From a virus (lineage: Duplodnaviria; Caudoviricetes), in IMG/VR virus record IMGVR_UViG_3300009095_000037, positions 1 to 35,679 of that record: a DNA stretch of 35,679 nt. One strand, 5' to 3'. The position numbers and the translations under genes were made by a program. Shown one piece after another: positions 17,860-25,751 of the stretch. The notes beneath the pieces were generated by a model, which was not told the DNA's origin, made no database searches, and saw nothing but the letters and a program-made list of their open reading frames with translations. Position 1 is the first letter of the stretch, and the number at the start of each line of letters is the position of its first letter.

Positions 17860-19940
17860 TACTTAGCTCTTCCCCAAGTGTCGCCGACACCAATTTCTAC
17901 GGTTAGGTCTACAGCAAGGTCGGTTGGGAAAGGATGTTCCATCCATTCCTTGATTATCGGCTTTGCGATATCCACGTTTTCGCTTGGGCATTGAAAGACT
18001 AGTTCGTCATGCACCTGTAACTGCATCCTACAGTCGTATTTTTCCTGCAGGTTGTCTTCGTGGATGAGGGTCATGGCCATCTTGCAAACGTCTGCGGCCG
18101 ACCCCTGAATCGGCATGTTCACGGCCTGGCGCTCCGCCTGGTTTCGCTCTGCACGATTGGTGGACCAGATTTCGGTGAGCCGGCGCCGGCGGCCCAAAAT
18201 AGTGAAGGCAAAGCCGGTCAGCCTAGCTTCCTGTACCGCCTCCTCGAAGAATTGGCGAACAGCCGGGTAGCGTGCCATGTACTGCTCCATTTTTGCCTTG
18301 GCTTCTTCTACGGAGCAGCCCATGCGCGTAGCCAACGTGTGTTCCTTCATGCCGTAGTTAAGCCCGAAGCCGATTGTCTTAACGTCGGAACGAGCACGCA
18401 AGCAAGCTTTAACTAGCTTGCAGAGCTCCGTGACCGTTCTGGTGTCGTCGGCACCGAACACTTCGGCGACCGCATCTTCCATGGACAAGTTTTGCTCTTT
18501 TATGAACTTGTCCACTTTTTTAGAGCGTTCCATGTCGCCATATTCGTAACCGAACACCAGCGACGCGTTACCCATGTGGATGTCGAGGTTCTTTCGGAAG
18601 ATGTCGCACATCTCTTGTTCCAGAGAAGCTGCAGCCAAAAGGCGCATTTCTAGCTGGGAGTAGTCGCCGCAGATTATTTTCGTGCCAGCGTCGGCGATGA
18701 AGGCATTTCTAAGTTCGAAGATGTCCTTCTCACCGCCGGTCACGTTTTGCATGTTAGGTTCCGAAGAGCTCAAACGGCCTGTCCTTGCTACGTCCTGGTT
18801 TAGGCGCATGTGGACCCTGTCGTTCGGGTCGAGCTTCTTCGGCATGTCCACGATGTAAGTACTGAACTGCTTTTCTACGGCGTTCAGTTCTAGGATGAGC
18901 TTGGCGATTGGGATCTTGTGCGCGATACTTTCTAAGAATTTGCTGTCTACCGATGGCTGCTTGATCCCGGTTTTGCCGCCCTTAGTCCAGCGGGTAGGGG
19001 TCAGTTTTAACTTTTCGAAGAAGTATTCTCGTAGCTGCTGGTCGCTGTTCGGATTGATTAAATAGCCGGCCTCCTCGACGATCCGTTTCTTTAGGTCGTT
19101 TATTTGCTGTTGAATTTTAGGGGTGATGTCTAGCAGATACTGCCGATTTACCTTCATGCCGTTGCGCTCACAGGCGTAGAGCACCTTGGTGAACGGCATC
19201 TCGATTTTGTAGAAGTAATCCGCCATCGTATTGATGTGCGGATACATCTTGTCGTAAAGACTGTACGTTGGCTCTTTATTTAGCTCAGCGTCCAGCTTTT
19301 TGTACACGTGCCAGGTGCCGTAGGCATCATTGGCCGCGTACTCCACTAAAAGATCGTGGTTCTCTCGCTCTGCTCGGTGCAGTACGTCTAGCGGCCCAAT
19401 TTGCCTGAAGCTATTGCAAGCAGTCTTTTGGCAGTAACCACCGTTCTTGTGGCTGGCTTTCGTGGCACCACAGACGCAATAACCTGAGCGGATTTTGCCA
19501 AACGTCTCGCTGAAGTCTGTCCAGCGCCAGCCAAGGAGCTGCTTGGCCATATCTTTAAGGCCATGCGGCATCTCCTCGTACAGCAGGGAGTGCATCACCT
19601 GGGTATCAATGACGTGCCCTTTGACCTGAACGCCTACGTTGGCGAGCATGTGCAGGTCGAACTTGGCGTTGGCGAAAATCCATTTCTTTTCTATGTCATT
19701 GAAAGCAGCAGAGAATTTATGAATCGTTTGGATGGGCAGGGTGACTCGCCGGTCCCGGCCCTGGCTACCCCAGCTCAATGACCAGTAATAAGGCAGTGAC
19801 TTCCATAGGTTAAGGCCATCCGTCTCGGTATCTATTGCAACGGCTGGCTGTTGTACTATTTCATTTATTAGTAGTTCTAGCTCGTATCCGCTTTCCAGAG
19901 AATAGTACTCTGCCGGCGGTAGTTGTACGTTCCAACCCAT
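17859..19940 (-). CDS. polA: Family A DNA polymerase with 3'-5' exonuclease domain
   Basis: Exo motifs IDTET, NAKFD, YAAND. Polymerase motifs TGRLSSSEPNMQN, DYSQLEMR, KTIGFGLNYG, NMPIQGSAAD, VHDEL. No 5'-3' exonuclease domain. Confidence 0.97.
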   Translation of the reverse strand: MGWNVQLPPAEYYSLESGYELELLINEIVQQPAVAIDTETDGLNLWKSLPYYWSLSWGSQGRDRRVTLPIQTIHKFSAAFNDIEKKWIFANAKFDLHMLANVGVQVKGHVIDTQVMHSLLYEEMPHGLKDMAKQLLGWRWTDFSETFGKIRSGYCVCGATKASHKNGGYCQKTACNSFRQIGPLDVLHRAERENHDLLVEYAANDAYGTWHVYKKLDAELNKEPTYSLYDKMYPHINTMADYFYKIEMPFTKVLYACERNGMKVNRQYLLDITPKIQQQINDLKKRIVEEAGYLINPNSDQQLREYFFEKLKLTPTRWTKGGKTGIKQPSVDSKFLESIAHKIPIAKLILELNAVEKQFSTYIVDMPKKLDPNDRVHMRLNQDVARTGRLSSSEPNMQNVTGGEKDIFELRNAFIADAGTKIICGDYSQLEMRLLAAASLEQEMCDIFRKNLDIHMGNASLVFGYEYGDMERSKKVDKFIKEQNLSMEDAVAEVFGADDTRTVTELCKLVKACLRARSDVKTIGFGLNYGMKEHTLATRMGCSVEEAKAKMEQYMARYPAVRQFFEEAVQEARLTGFAFTILGRRRRLTEIWSTNRAERNQAERQAVNMPIQGSAADVCKMAMTLIHEDNLQEKYDCRMQLQVHDELVFQCPSENVDIAKPIIKEWMEHPFPTDLAVDLTVEIGVGDTWGRAK

Positions 19941-19950
19941 GCTACTACCG

Positions 19951-19981
19951 AAAAAAATAAGGGGCCTCTGATGAGGCCCCT
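19951..19981 (-). terminator. Intrinsic terminator between the SSB-like gene and the polymerase gene
   Basis: aggggcctc-tgat-gaggcccct 9-bp stem, followed on the minus strand by a T-rich tract. Confidence 0.8.
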
Positions 19982-19998
19982 GAGTTTATGGTTGCCGA

Positions 19999-21189
19999 TC
20001 AGGTCTGATAGCGCCTGGCTGCGAGAACGACCGGTGTGCGCCGTAGCTTGTTGTCTTCCAGCTCATCGTTTTCTGGAGTCTGATCCTTGGCCGAGCCAAA
20101 GATGAGCAGCTGGCGGTCCAGCGGCGTCGGCATGTAGATTTTGGACAGGTTAAGGGGCTTCACCTCCCCGTACTTAGGGTCGATGGGGGTAGGCTCGCTG
20201 CTACGAACGATGCTGAGGGAGGTTTGGTTGCCTCCGTTTGGGTCCTCCACGCGCTTCACGTGCAGGTTCACGTCGAATAGCGTGGCTCGTTTGCCGGCCA
20301 GTCCTTGGCTCCTGCAGTTTACGCATTCGTACATATCGTTCAGGTAGTCTACTTCATTGCACCGGGGGCAGTGCGCCGGCTCGTCCGTTATTCTGCGGAT
20401 TTCCTCGTTTGATAAGCGAGTGGTGCTCAGGTCGATAACTGCTTCGCCGCAGTCTGGGTTTTGGCAAACCCAGGCAATCTCCTCGATGCAGTCCATCTTA
20501 CCGCATTTGCTGCAGTGCTGACCGACTTCGGCGGCGTATGAGACCAGCGTATTGAAATGGTTCTTGCCCATTGGCCAGTGTTGGATGTGCCCGTCCTTGG
20601 TCTCTTTGCCTGCTGCGCAGTGGGGGCAGCCCCTGCCTTCGCAACGAGTCCATACGTAGAACGGCTGGCCCGTGGTGTCGTTGATCTTTACTTGGTTGTT
20701 CTTGTCTAAGGCCTCCACTTTGTGGAATGGATGCATCACCAACACTGTAAAGACCCACATGTCTCGGCGGCTGATGGTGTTCGGGTGGTTCGCGCCGGTC
20801 TCTTGGCGTTGCATCCATTCTTTCCAGTATCCATCACAGGCGTGACAGGGTTCTGCTTTGCCTTTGATGTGCCCCAAGGGTCCGCTGCTGCAGATCGAGG
20901 ACATCTTCTTTTTGGCATGGTAGTGCTCCACGTACTTGTAATACGTGGAGGGCTCCATAAGCGGCTGGTTGTTCTCGTCGAGTACCAAGCAGCCGTTTTC
21001 ATAATCGATGACTGGCAGTAAATAATCTCCAGGAATGAGGCGGACGATGTCCGTGGAGATCGTCGGTGGCTTATACCGATTACCGAAGTAACCGCCTCCG
21101 CCTCCGCTTCTCGTCGGGCGCTTCATAGATCTACTAGCGCTCTGACGAAAGTTAGCGTGTAGTGCAGCTTTGTTCTTTCCGTATGCCAT
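19999..21189 (-). CDS. Putative gp32-like ssDNA-binding protein with multiple zinc ribbons
   Basis: VRLIP...EHY...C.....CHAC pattern as in gp32-like SSBs, with extra CPHC, CSKC, CQNPDC, CPRC and CVNC. Sits between primase and polymerase. Confidence 0.6.
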   Translation of the reverse strand: MAYGKNKAALHANFRQSASRSMKRPTRSGGGGGYFGNRYKPPTISTDIVRLIPGDYLLPVIDYENGCLVLDENNQPLMEPSTYYKYVEHYHAKKKMSSICSSGPLGHIKGKAEPCHACDGYWKEWMQRQETGANHPNTISRRDMWVFTVLVMHPFHKVEALDKNNQVKINDTTGQPFYVWTRCEGRGCPHCAAGKETKDGHIQHWPMGKNHFNTLVSYAAEVGQHCSKCGKMDCIEEIAWVCQNPDCGEAVIDLSTTRLSNEEIRRITDEPAHCPRCNEVDYLNDMYECVNCRSQGLAGKRATLFDVNLHVKRVEDPNGGNQTSLSIVRSSEPTPIDPKYGEVKPLNLSKIYMPTPLDRQLLIFGSAKDQTPENDELEDNKLRRTPVVLAARRYQT

Positions 21190-21192
21190 ATC

Positions 21193-22155
21193 TTAACCGT
21201 AAATCTCTCTCTTCATTCGGTGGAATGATTTAGCCGATTGAACTGCTTCTCTAACTGATTCTAGAGGCAACCCATCAGGCTGTTCAGCGTCGTATTCTAC
21301 GATATATGCCGGCAAACTCCTAGAAATTACCGATCCGACGCGAGCCATGCCGGACCAGCCAGCCGCGTCGTTATCAAACATCAGGTACACCGGGCCGTTT
21401 ATTTTCTGAAGGATCCATTTTTGTTCCTGGCTCAGGGACGTGCCCATGGTAGCCATCACGTTAGGGATCCCAGCTTGGTGGACCCACATGCAGGCCTTGT
21501 ACCCTTCTACCAGCACCACCAGCTCCGGGGTCTGGCAGAACTGAATGTAGGGATACAAGTTGTGTGCATTCCACAGCATCGAGCTTTTTTGGACTACTTC
21601 TCTCTCCTGTAGCCCCCAGACTGCGTACTCATGCGTATATACCTTATATCTAGGGGCGCTCCCATCCTCCTCGACCGTTCTTCCGTTTATGCCTAGCAGC
21701 TGCCCTGTCAGATCACGCATTGGGTACGTGATCCGCATGTGCCACTTGTCGAAGCCTACCTCAAAGTACTGAAGAGTCTCCTCAGTAAAGCCGGCGTCGA
21801 GCAGAGCAAGAGGGCAGAGGTTGAAAAGACCCAATATTTCTTCGGGCAGCGGGTCCTTCGTGGCTAGTGGCTTGGTCGGATCTGGTCTGGGCGGGCGCTG
21901 CTGCTGGAGCTTGCTGAGTGTGGCACCGTACTTTACCTGAATGGCCTGGTCGTTAAGCCCAAGCCCTTTCAGTAGCTGCCTTAGATTGCCCTTGGCACCA
22001 CAGGCATAGCAAATCCATAACCCGGAAGAGAGACTCAGTGCAAACGACGGCGTGCTGTCAGCGTGGAACGGACAAAGTGCCGTTATGTTGTTGTTTCCTG
22101 TCGGCCTGACTCTTTCTAGGTATTTGCTAGCTATTTCGATGATGGGGGTCGTCAT
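21193..22155 (-). CDS. dnaG: DNA primase (CHC2 zinc finger plus TOPRIM)
   Basis: CPFHADSTPSF...CYACG, GRT, KY, LVEGY, FDNDAAG. Confidence 0.93.
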   Translation of the reverse strand: MTTPIIEIASKYLERVRPTGNNNITALCPFHADSTPSFALSLSSGLWICYACGAKGNLRQLLKGLGLNDQAIQVKYGATLSKLQQQRPPRPDPTKPLATKDPLPEEILGLFNLCPLALLDAGFTEETLQYFEVGFDKWHMRITYPMRDLTGQLLGINGRTVEEDGSAPRYKVYTHEYAVWGLQEREVVQKSSMLWNAHNLYPYIQFCQTPELVVLVEGYKACMWVHQAGIPNVMATMGTSLSQEQKWILQKINGPVYLMFDNDAAGWSGMARVGSVISRSLPAYIVEYDAEQPDGLPLESVREAVQSAKSFHRMKREIYG

Positions 22156-23558
22156 AGCCCATTGGCTTTTAATTGCTGCATGATCAGTTGCTCCTGTCTG
22201 CTCCTCGCCTCTCTTTGAATGTTGGCTGCTCCGTTCCTTTCTTTTGCATGCGCTGCTGCTTTCTCTTCTTCGCCATCGCCTTTATCTTTCTCTTTTGCCT
22301 TGTTGATTTCTTTTTCTGTCATAATCTCCTTGAATTCGAAATTGGTCGCCGGTACGCCGTATATTCTAAACCCATGGAGCTCGAATTCTCTCGAGCCGCC
22401 GATGACCATAGCAATAGTGGGCGAAGTCTTCTCGTTGATTACTCTAATGATGACCGTGGCGTCCTGACCAATAGCGTCGGAAAAAGCAATTTCGTCTAAT
22501 TCTGCGTTCTGGTTTTTCGCGGCTTGTCTATTTGCTTGTAGGGTGCAGATGACGGGGGTGCCGGTGTTGAATATCATTTGGCGCAAGGACCGAGAGATAT
22601 TGCGTACTCTATCATGGTCCTTTTGTCTAGCGCTGCCGACGCTGTCCGACATTAAGTACATGCCGTCGATGAAGACCAGATCTGGCTTGTGCCGATCTAT
22701 TTTCGCCTCCAGCCAATCTACTGTGTCTTTTCCCCCTGGAGCATCCCGACCTGAGAGGCAGATCATGTCGTTGCCGATGCTCAGCTCGTGAGCCATGTTC
22801 CGTAAATCGTAAATCAGCTTTTTTTCGTCTGCCGTCAGCTTCCCCTGCCTGAACTCTCTGTATGGTATGCCAGCTATACAGGCAGCCACGCGCATGAAGA
22901 TGTTATCGGGGTGCATCTCCTTCGTGTAGATTAGCGCTTTTTGCCCATTGATGTAGGTGTGGGCTATGTGTTTTGCTAGTACCCAAGACTTCATTGATTT
23001 GGGCCGCCCGTAGTAGACGATGTAGTCGTCTTTTTGGATGCCCATAGTTTCGTCTTGGATGGCCGTCCAAGGCCAGCTAGCTATAGAGAGATCTACCCCC
23101 TGCTCAATCAGCTCCATTCGTTGGAGCGTCCTGTCGATGGACTCGGCAAACCTGACGTCAGTCTTTTTGCTGTACCCTAGCTCGTAGACTCCTTTTAGTA
23201 TTCGTTCGCCCTGTGCTGCCGCTGCGATTGGGTCTGTCTCTGCTAAATCTAAGATTCTATCGATTGCTGATTTACATTCTACTGATAGCCGTCGTTTTCT
23301 TACCTCTTTGCAGAGAGCCTCCAACGGTGTGATGTCATCGTCTACGAATTGGAAATTTGGGTAGAGCTGAGCGAATGCGTAGGCACCTAATTGACCCCCC
23401 TTAGCTTCCGGATCCTGAAGGTAGGTCATCATGTGCGAAAAGTAATGCCTGCCTTCGTCGGTCAGGAAGTCGTCTACCGTGATCCCCCATTCAATCACGT
23501 CTTTTAGCTGCCCATTTCTAATTATCCTCGAAATAAGTTGCAGTTCCATGCTTGCCAT
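22152..23558 (-). CDS. dnaB: DnaB-like replicative helicase
   Basis: Walker A variant GRPKSMKS, KEM, VFIDGMYL, QANR, SDAIGQDA. AAGGAGGAG RBS. Confidence 0.9.
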   Translation of the reverse strand: MASMELQLISRIIRNGQLKDVIEWGITVDDFLTDEGRHYFSHMMTYLQDPEAKGGQLGAYAFAQLYPNFQFVDDDITPLEALCKEVRKRRLSVECKSAIDRILDLAETDPIAAAAQGERILKGVYELGYSKKTDVRFAESIDRTLQRMELIEQGVDLSIASWPWTAIQDETMGIQKDDYIVYYGRPKSMKSWVLAKHIAHTYINGQKALIYTKEMHPDNIFMRVAACIAGIPYREFRQGKLTADEKKLIYDLRNMAHELSIGNDMICLSGRDAPGGKDTVDWLEAKIDRHKPDLVFIDGMYLMSDSVGSARQKDHDRVRNISRSLRQMIFNTGTPVICTLQANRQAAKNQNAELDEIAFSDAIGQDATVIIRVINEKTSPTIAMVIGGSREFELHGFRIYGVPATNFEFKEIMTEKEINKAKEKDKGDGEEEKAAAHAKERNGAANIQREARSRQEQLIMQQLKANGL

Positions 23559-23612
23559 AGGCGCGCGTTACTCCTCCTTGTAGGCATGCTAGTCCGCAAT
23601 GCCCTTATTCCA

Positions 23613-23728
23613 AGGTTTGGTTGGGTCTTGACGGACGGGGTTGGCCATACTGTGGAAGGTGGCGCTAGTCCGTCAAGACCCACAACCTATTGGGCAGGTT
23701 ATGTTTGCCCCCCACAAGCGATTGTGGG
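23613..23728. other. Intergenic cluster of three tandem hairpins
   Basis: Perfect 15-bp inverted repeat (23622-23636 / 23668-23682), then gggcagg/tttgccc (23692-23710), then cccacaa-gcga-ttgtggg (23711-23728). Confidence 0.75.
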
Positions 23729-24049
23729 TTAAATTGATGGGGTGTCGTTCAGGTGCTCGCCCAGTCCTGATACCTGAGCTTCTGTTTCCCTGATCGTAGT
23801 TGTAGGGGATGAGTCTTGAACGAAGACTAGGTTTGCCACGTCTTGTTCCATCGCCTGCCTTAGTTCCTCCAATTTTGCTAGAGTTTCTTTGGACCAGTGA
23901 CGGCAGGTTGTCTGGCCATAGGTTTTGCCGTTCGCTGTGTTAACAAAAGCGGCATGGGCGACCAGGGCGGGGTAGCCCGCCCTGTAATCGACCGCCTCGA
24001 TTTGCAACACCGCCACGGCATTGAAGGCAGGGGTACCTTCAACCGGCAT
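23729..24049 (-). CDS. Hypothetical protein
   Basis: 106 aa, GAGGAG RBS, tightly packed in the operon. Confidence 0.75.
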   Translation of the reverse strand: MPVEGTPAFNAVAVLQIEAVDYRAGYPALVAHAAFVNTANGKTYGQTTCRHWSKETLAKLEELRQAMEQDVANLVFVQDSSPTTTIRETEAQVSGLGEHLNDTPSI

Positions 24050-24053
24050 GGTT

Positions 24054-24359
24054 TTACTCCTCTTCTGCGGGGCCCGCGATCATACCGTACCGAGCGAAGC
24101 CCTTTTTCAGTAACTCCATGGCTTTCTCAGTGGCTAGCCTGCCGGCCGTGTTGATGGTTTTTTCGTTCTGGTCGCAGGCTAGCGTTACGCTAGCCGAAAT
24201 TTTTATCTCTCCGTACCCATAGGATTCACTGAGGGTAACATTGACGCGTGCTTCAGGCCCATCGCTGACGCGCAGGCCCGTGTACTGATCACCCGATAGC
24301 GGGCCACTAGCATGTGACACTGCCCCGTCCTTTCTTTTTTCCATTATCGCCCAGTTCAT
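24054..24359 (-). CDS. Hypothetical protein
   Basis: 101 aa, ATGA overlap with the upstream gene. Confidence 0.75.
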   Translation of the reverse strand: MNWAIMEKRKDGAVSHASGPLSGDQYTGLRVSDGPEARVNVTLSESYGYGEIKISASVTLACDQNEKTINTAGRLATEKAMELLKKGFARYGMIAGPAEEE

Positions 24360-24820
24360 GGAATTACGAACTTCTTTGGTTTGTGGTACTTGCGCTGGAC
24401 AGTTCGAAATTGCTCCAGAGACTCCTCTGGAATTTTGTTGGCTGCAATATTTGCTTCCAACACTTCTTTCTCCACGCCGTAGACGGATTTGACCTCGTAG
24501 GTGCCTCCGTACTTGTAAAAGTCTTCATGGCCAAGCTCGTCGATCATGGCTTCGGCGTTGTACACAACCACTGTAGAGAAGTTGTCGAACGGGCCACAGG
24601 ATACGTTCCTGGCGCGCACTACCTTCTCGGCTGCTTCCAGGAGCGTATTGTACCTGTCAACGAGCTCTTCTAGTTTGGAGAAGACCTCTGGGTTGTCTGT
24701 TTTCAATTGATCGATCTGCGCCTTTATTTCCAGCAGGTCCTTCACTTCTTGGACCTCACTGACCGTAACCTTAGGCGCATTTTCTACCCCTACGGCTTTG
24801 ACTTTTTTACTCGCTGCCAT
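24356..24820 (-). CDS. Hypothetical protein (N-terminal coiled coil)
   Basis: 154 aa, AAGGAG RBS, overlaps the UDG gene end. Confidence 0.75.
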   Translation of the reverse strand: MAASKKVKAVGVENAPKVTVSEVQEVKDLLEIKAQIDQLKTDNPEVFSKLEELVDRYNTLLEAAEKVVRARNVSCGPFDNFSTVVVYNAEAMIDELGHEDFYKYGGTYEVKSVYGVEKEVLEANIAANKIPEESLEQFRTVQRKYHKPKKFVIP

Positions 24821-25751
24821 GCCCTGCTCCTTCCTCTTCTGCCAACAATCCTGCGTAGTCTATCTCTTCGTCGTTTGTTAACGGTTGAATTCTGTTGATG
24901 AAAGCTGCTTCTCCGAACACCTCCAGCAGGTATCTATGATAGATGGTGACCGCGAAGCGGATATCGTTGACGAACCGTTTGAACGGATTGTCTTCTGAAA
25001 AGTCCCCGCTCTTTCTAAGTACGAAGGCTGGGTGGTAGGCAGGGATCAGCGTGTAGGCAACTCGGTTTTGCTCAGTAGGCATAACGATGGAGTCGCCCAT
25101 TTTCCTAGCCCAAGCTTTCCTCTTCTCGGTGATGACGGGACGGACCCCAGCCCCAGGGATGGTGATTTCTTCGGGCATGCCCCGGTCTTTTTGAATAGAT
25201 ACGGCATGCCCGGTCAGCGCCTCGGTAGCTATGGCTCCGAGGGACACGATGACGATCGGGTCCACCAGGTAAATTTCTTCCTGTAGCCTTGGCAAGCAGG
25301 CCCCCACCTGGATTTTGTTGGGGGCCTTATCCGCGTACAAAATTTCTTCCTGCCCGGTCTTGAAGTTCTTTCTTACTACTGTTTCGCCCCGGGCGTTTAC
25401 TGCTGCTTCACAAGACCTGCAAGCTACGGCATTGGAGATGTAGTAGTCCTCCAGGTGCAGCGCTTGTATTACTTTTCGTAGCAGCCGCCCAGAGTTGCCG
25501 ATGAATGGGCGCCCCTCTTCCTCTTCCTCCCAACCCGGACCTTCGCCAACGAACATGACCCCGCCCAAGGCGGTGCCCTCGCCAAAGACGGCGACCTTCC
25601 CACGCTGGTCACGGAGTGTGCCCAAGTTGCATTTAGTGCAGTCTTTCCATTCTTCTTTGAAAATCTTCAGTGATTTTCTAGCATCAGGGTTTACTGTCAT
25701 CGGGTTATCACCCACTAGCTTTAAAATAGGTAGGGTTGCGTTTTTCGCCAT
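24807..25751 (-). CDS. Family 4 uracil-DNA glycosylase-like protein
   Basis: CTKC, FVGEGPG..E...GRPFIG.SG.LL, SNAVAC, C..RL.EEI, YHPAFVLR. The true start may be the later Met (MTVNP). Confidence 0.9.
   Translation of the reverse strand: MAKNATLPILKLVGDNPMTVNPDARKSLKIFKEEWKDCTKCNLGTLRDQRGKVAVFGEGTALGGVMFVGEGPGWEEEEEGRPFIGNSGRLLRKVIQALHLEDYYISNAVACRSCEAAVNARGETVVRKNFKTGQEEILYADKAPNKIQVGACLPRLQEEIYLVDPIVIVSLGAIATEALTGHAVSIQKDRGMPEEITIPGAGVRPVITEKRKAWARKMGDSIVMPTEQNRVAYTLIPAYHPAFVLRKSGDFSEDNPFKRFVNDIRFAVTIYHRYLLEVFGEAAFINRIQPLTNDEEIDYAGLLAEEEGAGHGSE

Noticed and set aside
24807-25751. UdgX assignment
   Set aside because: Lacks the KRRIH loop and the GEQPG motif (has GEGPG).
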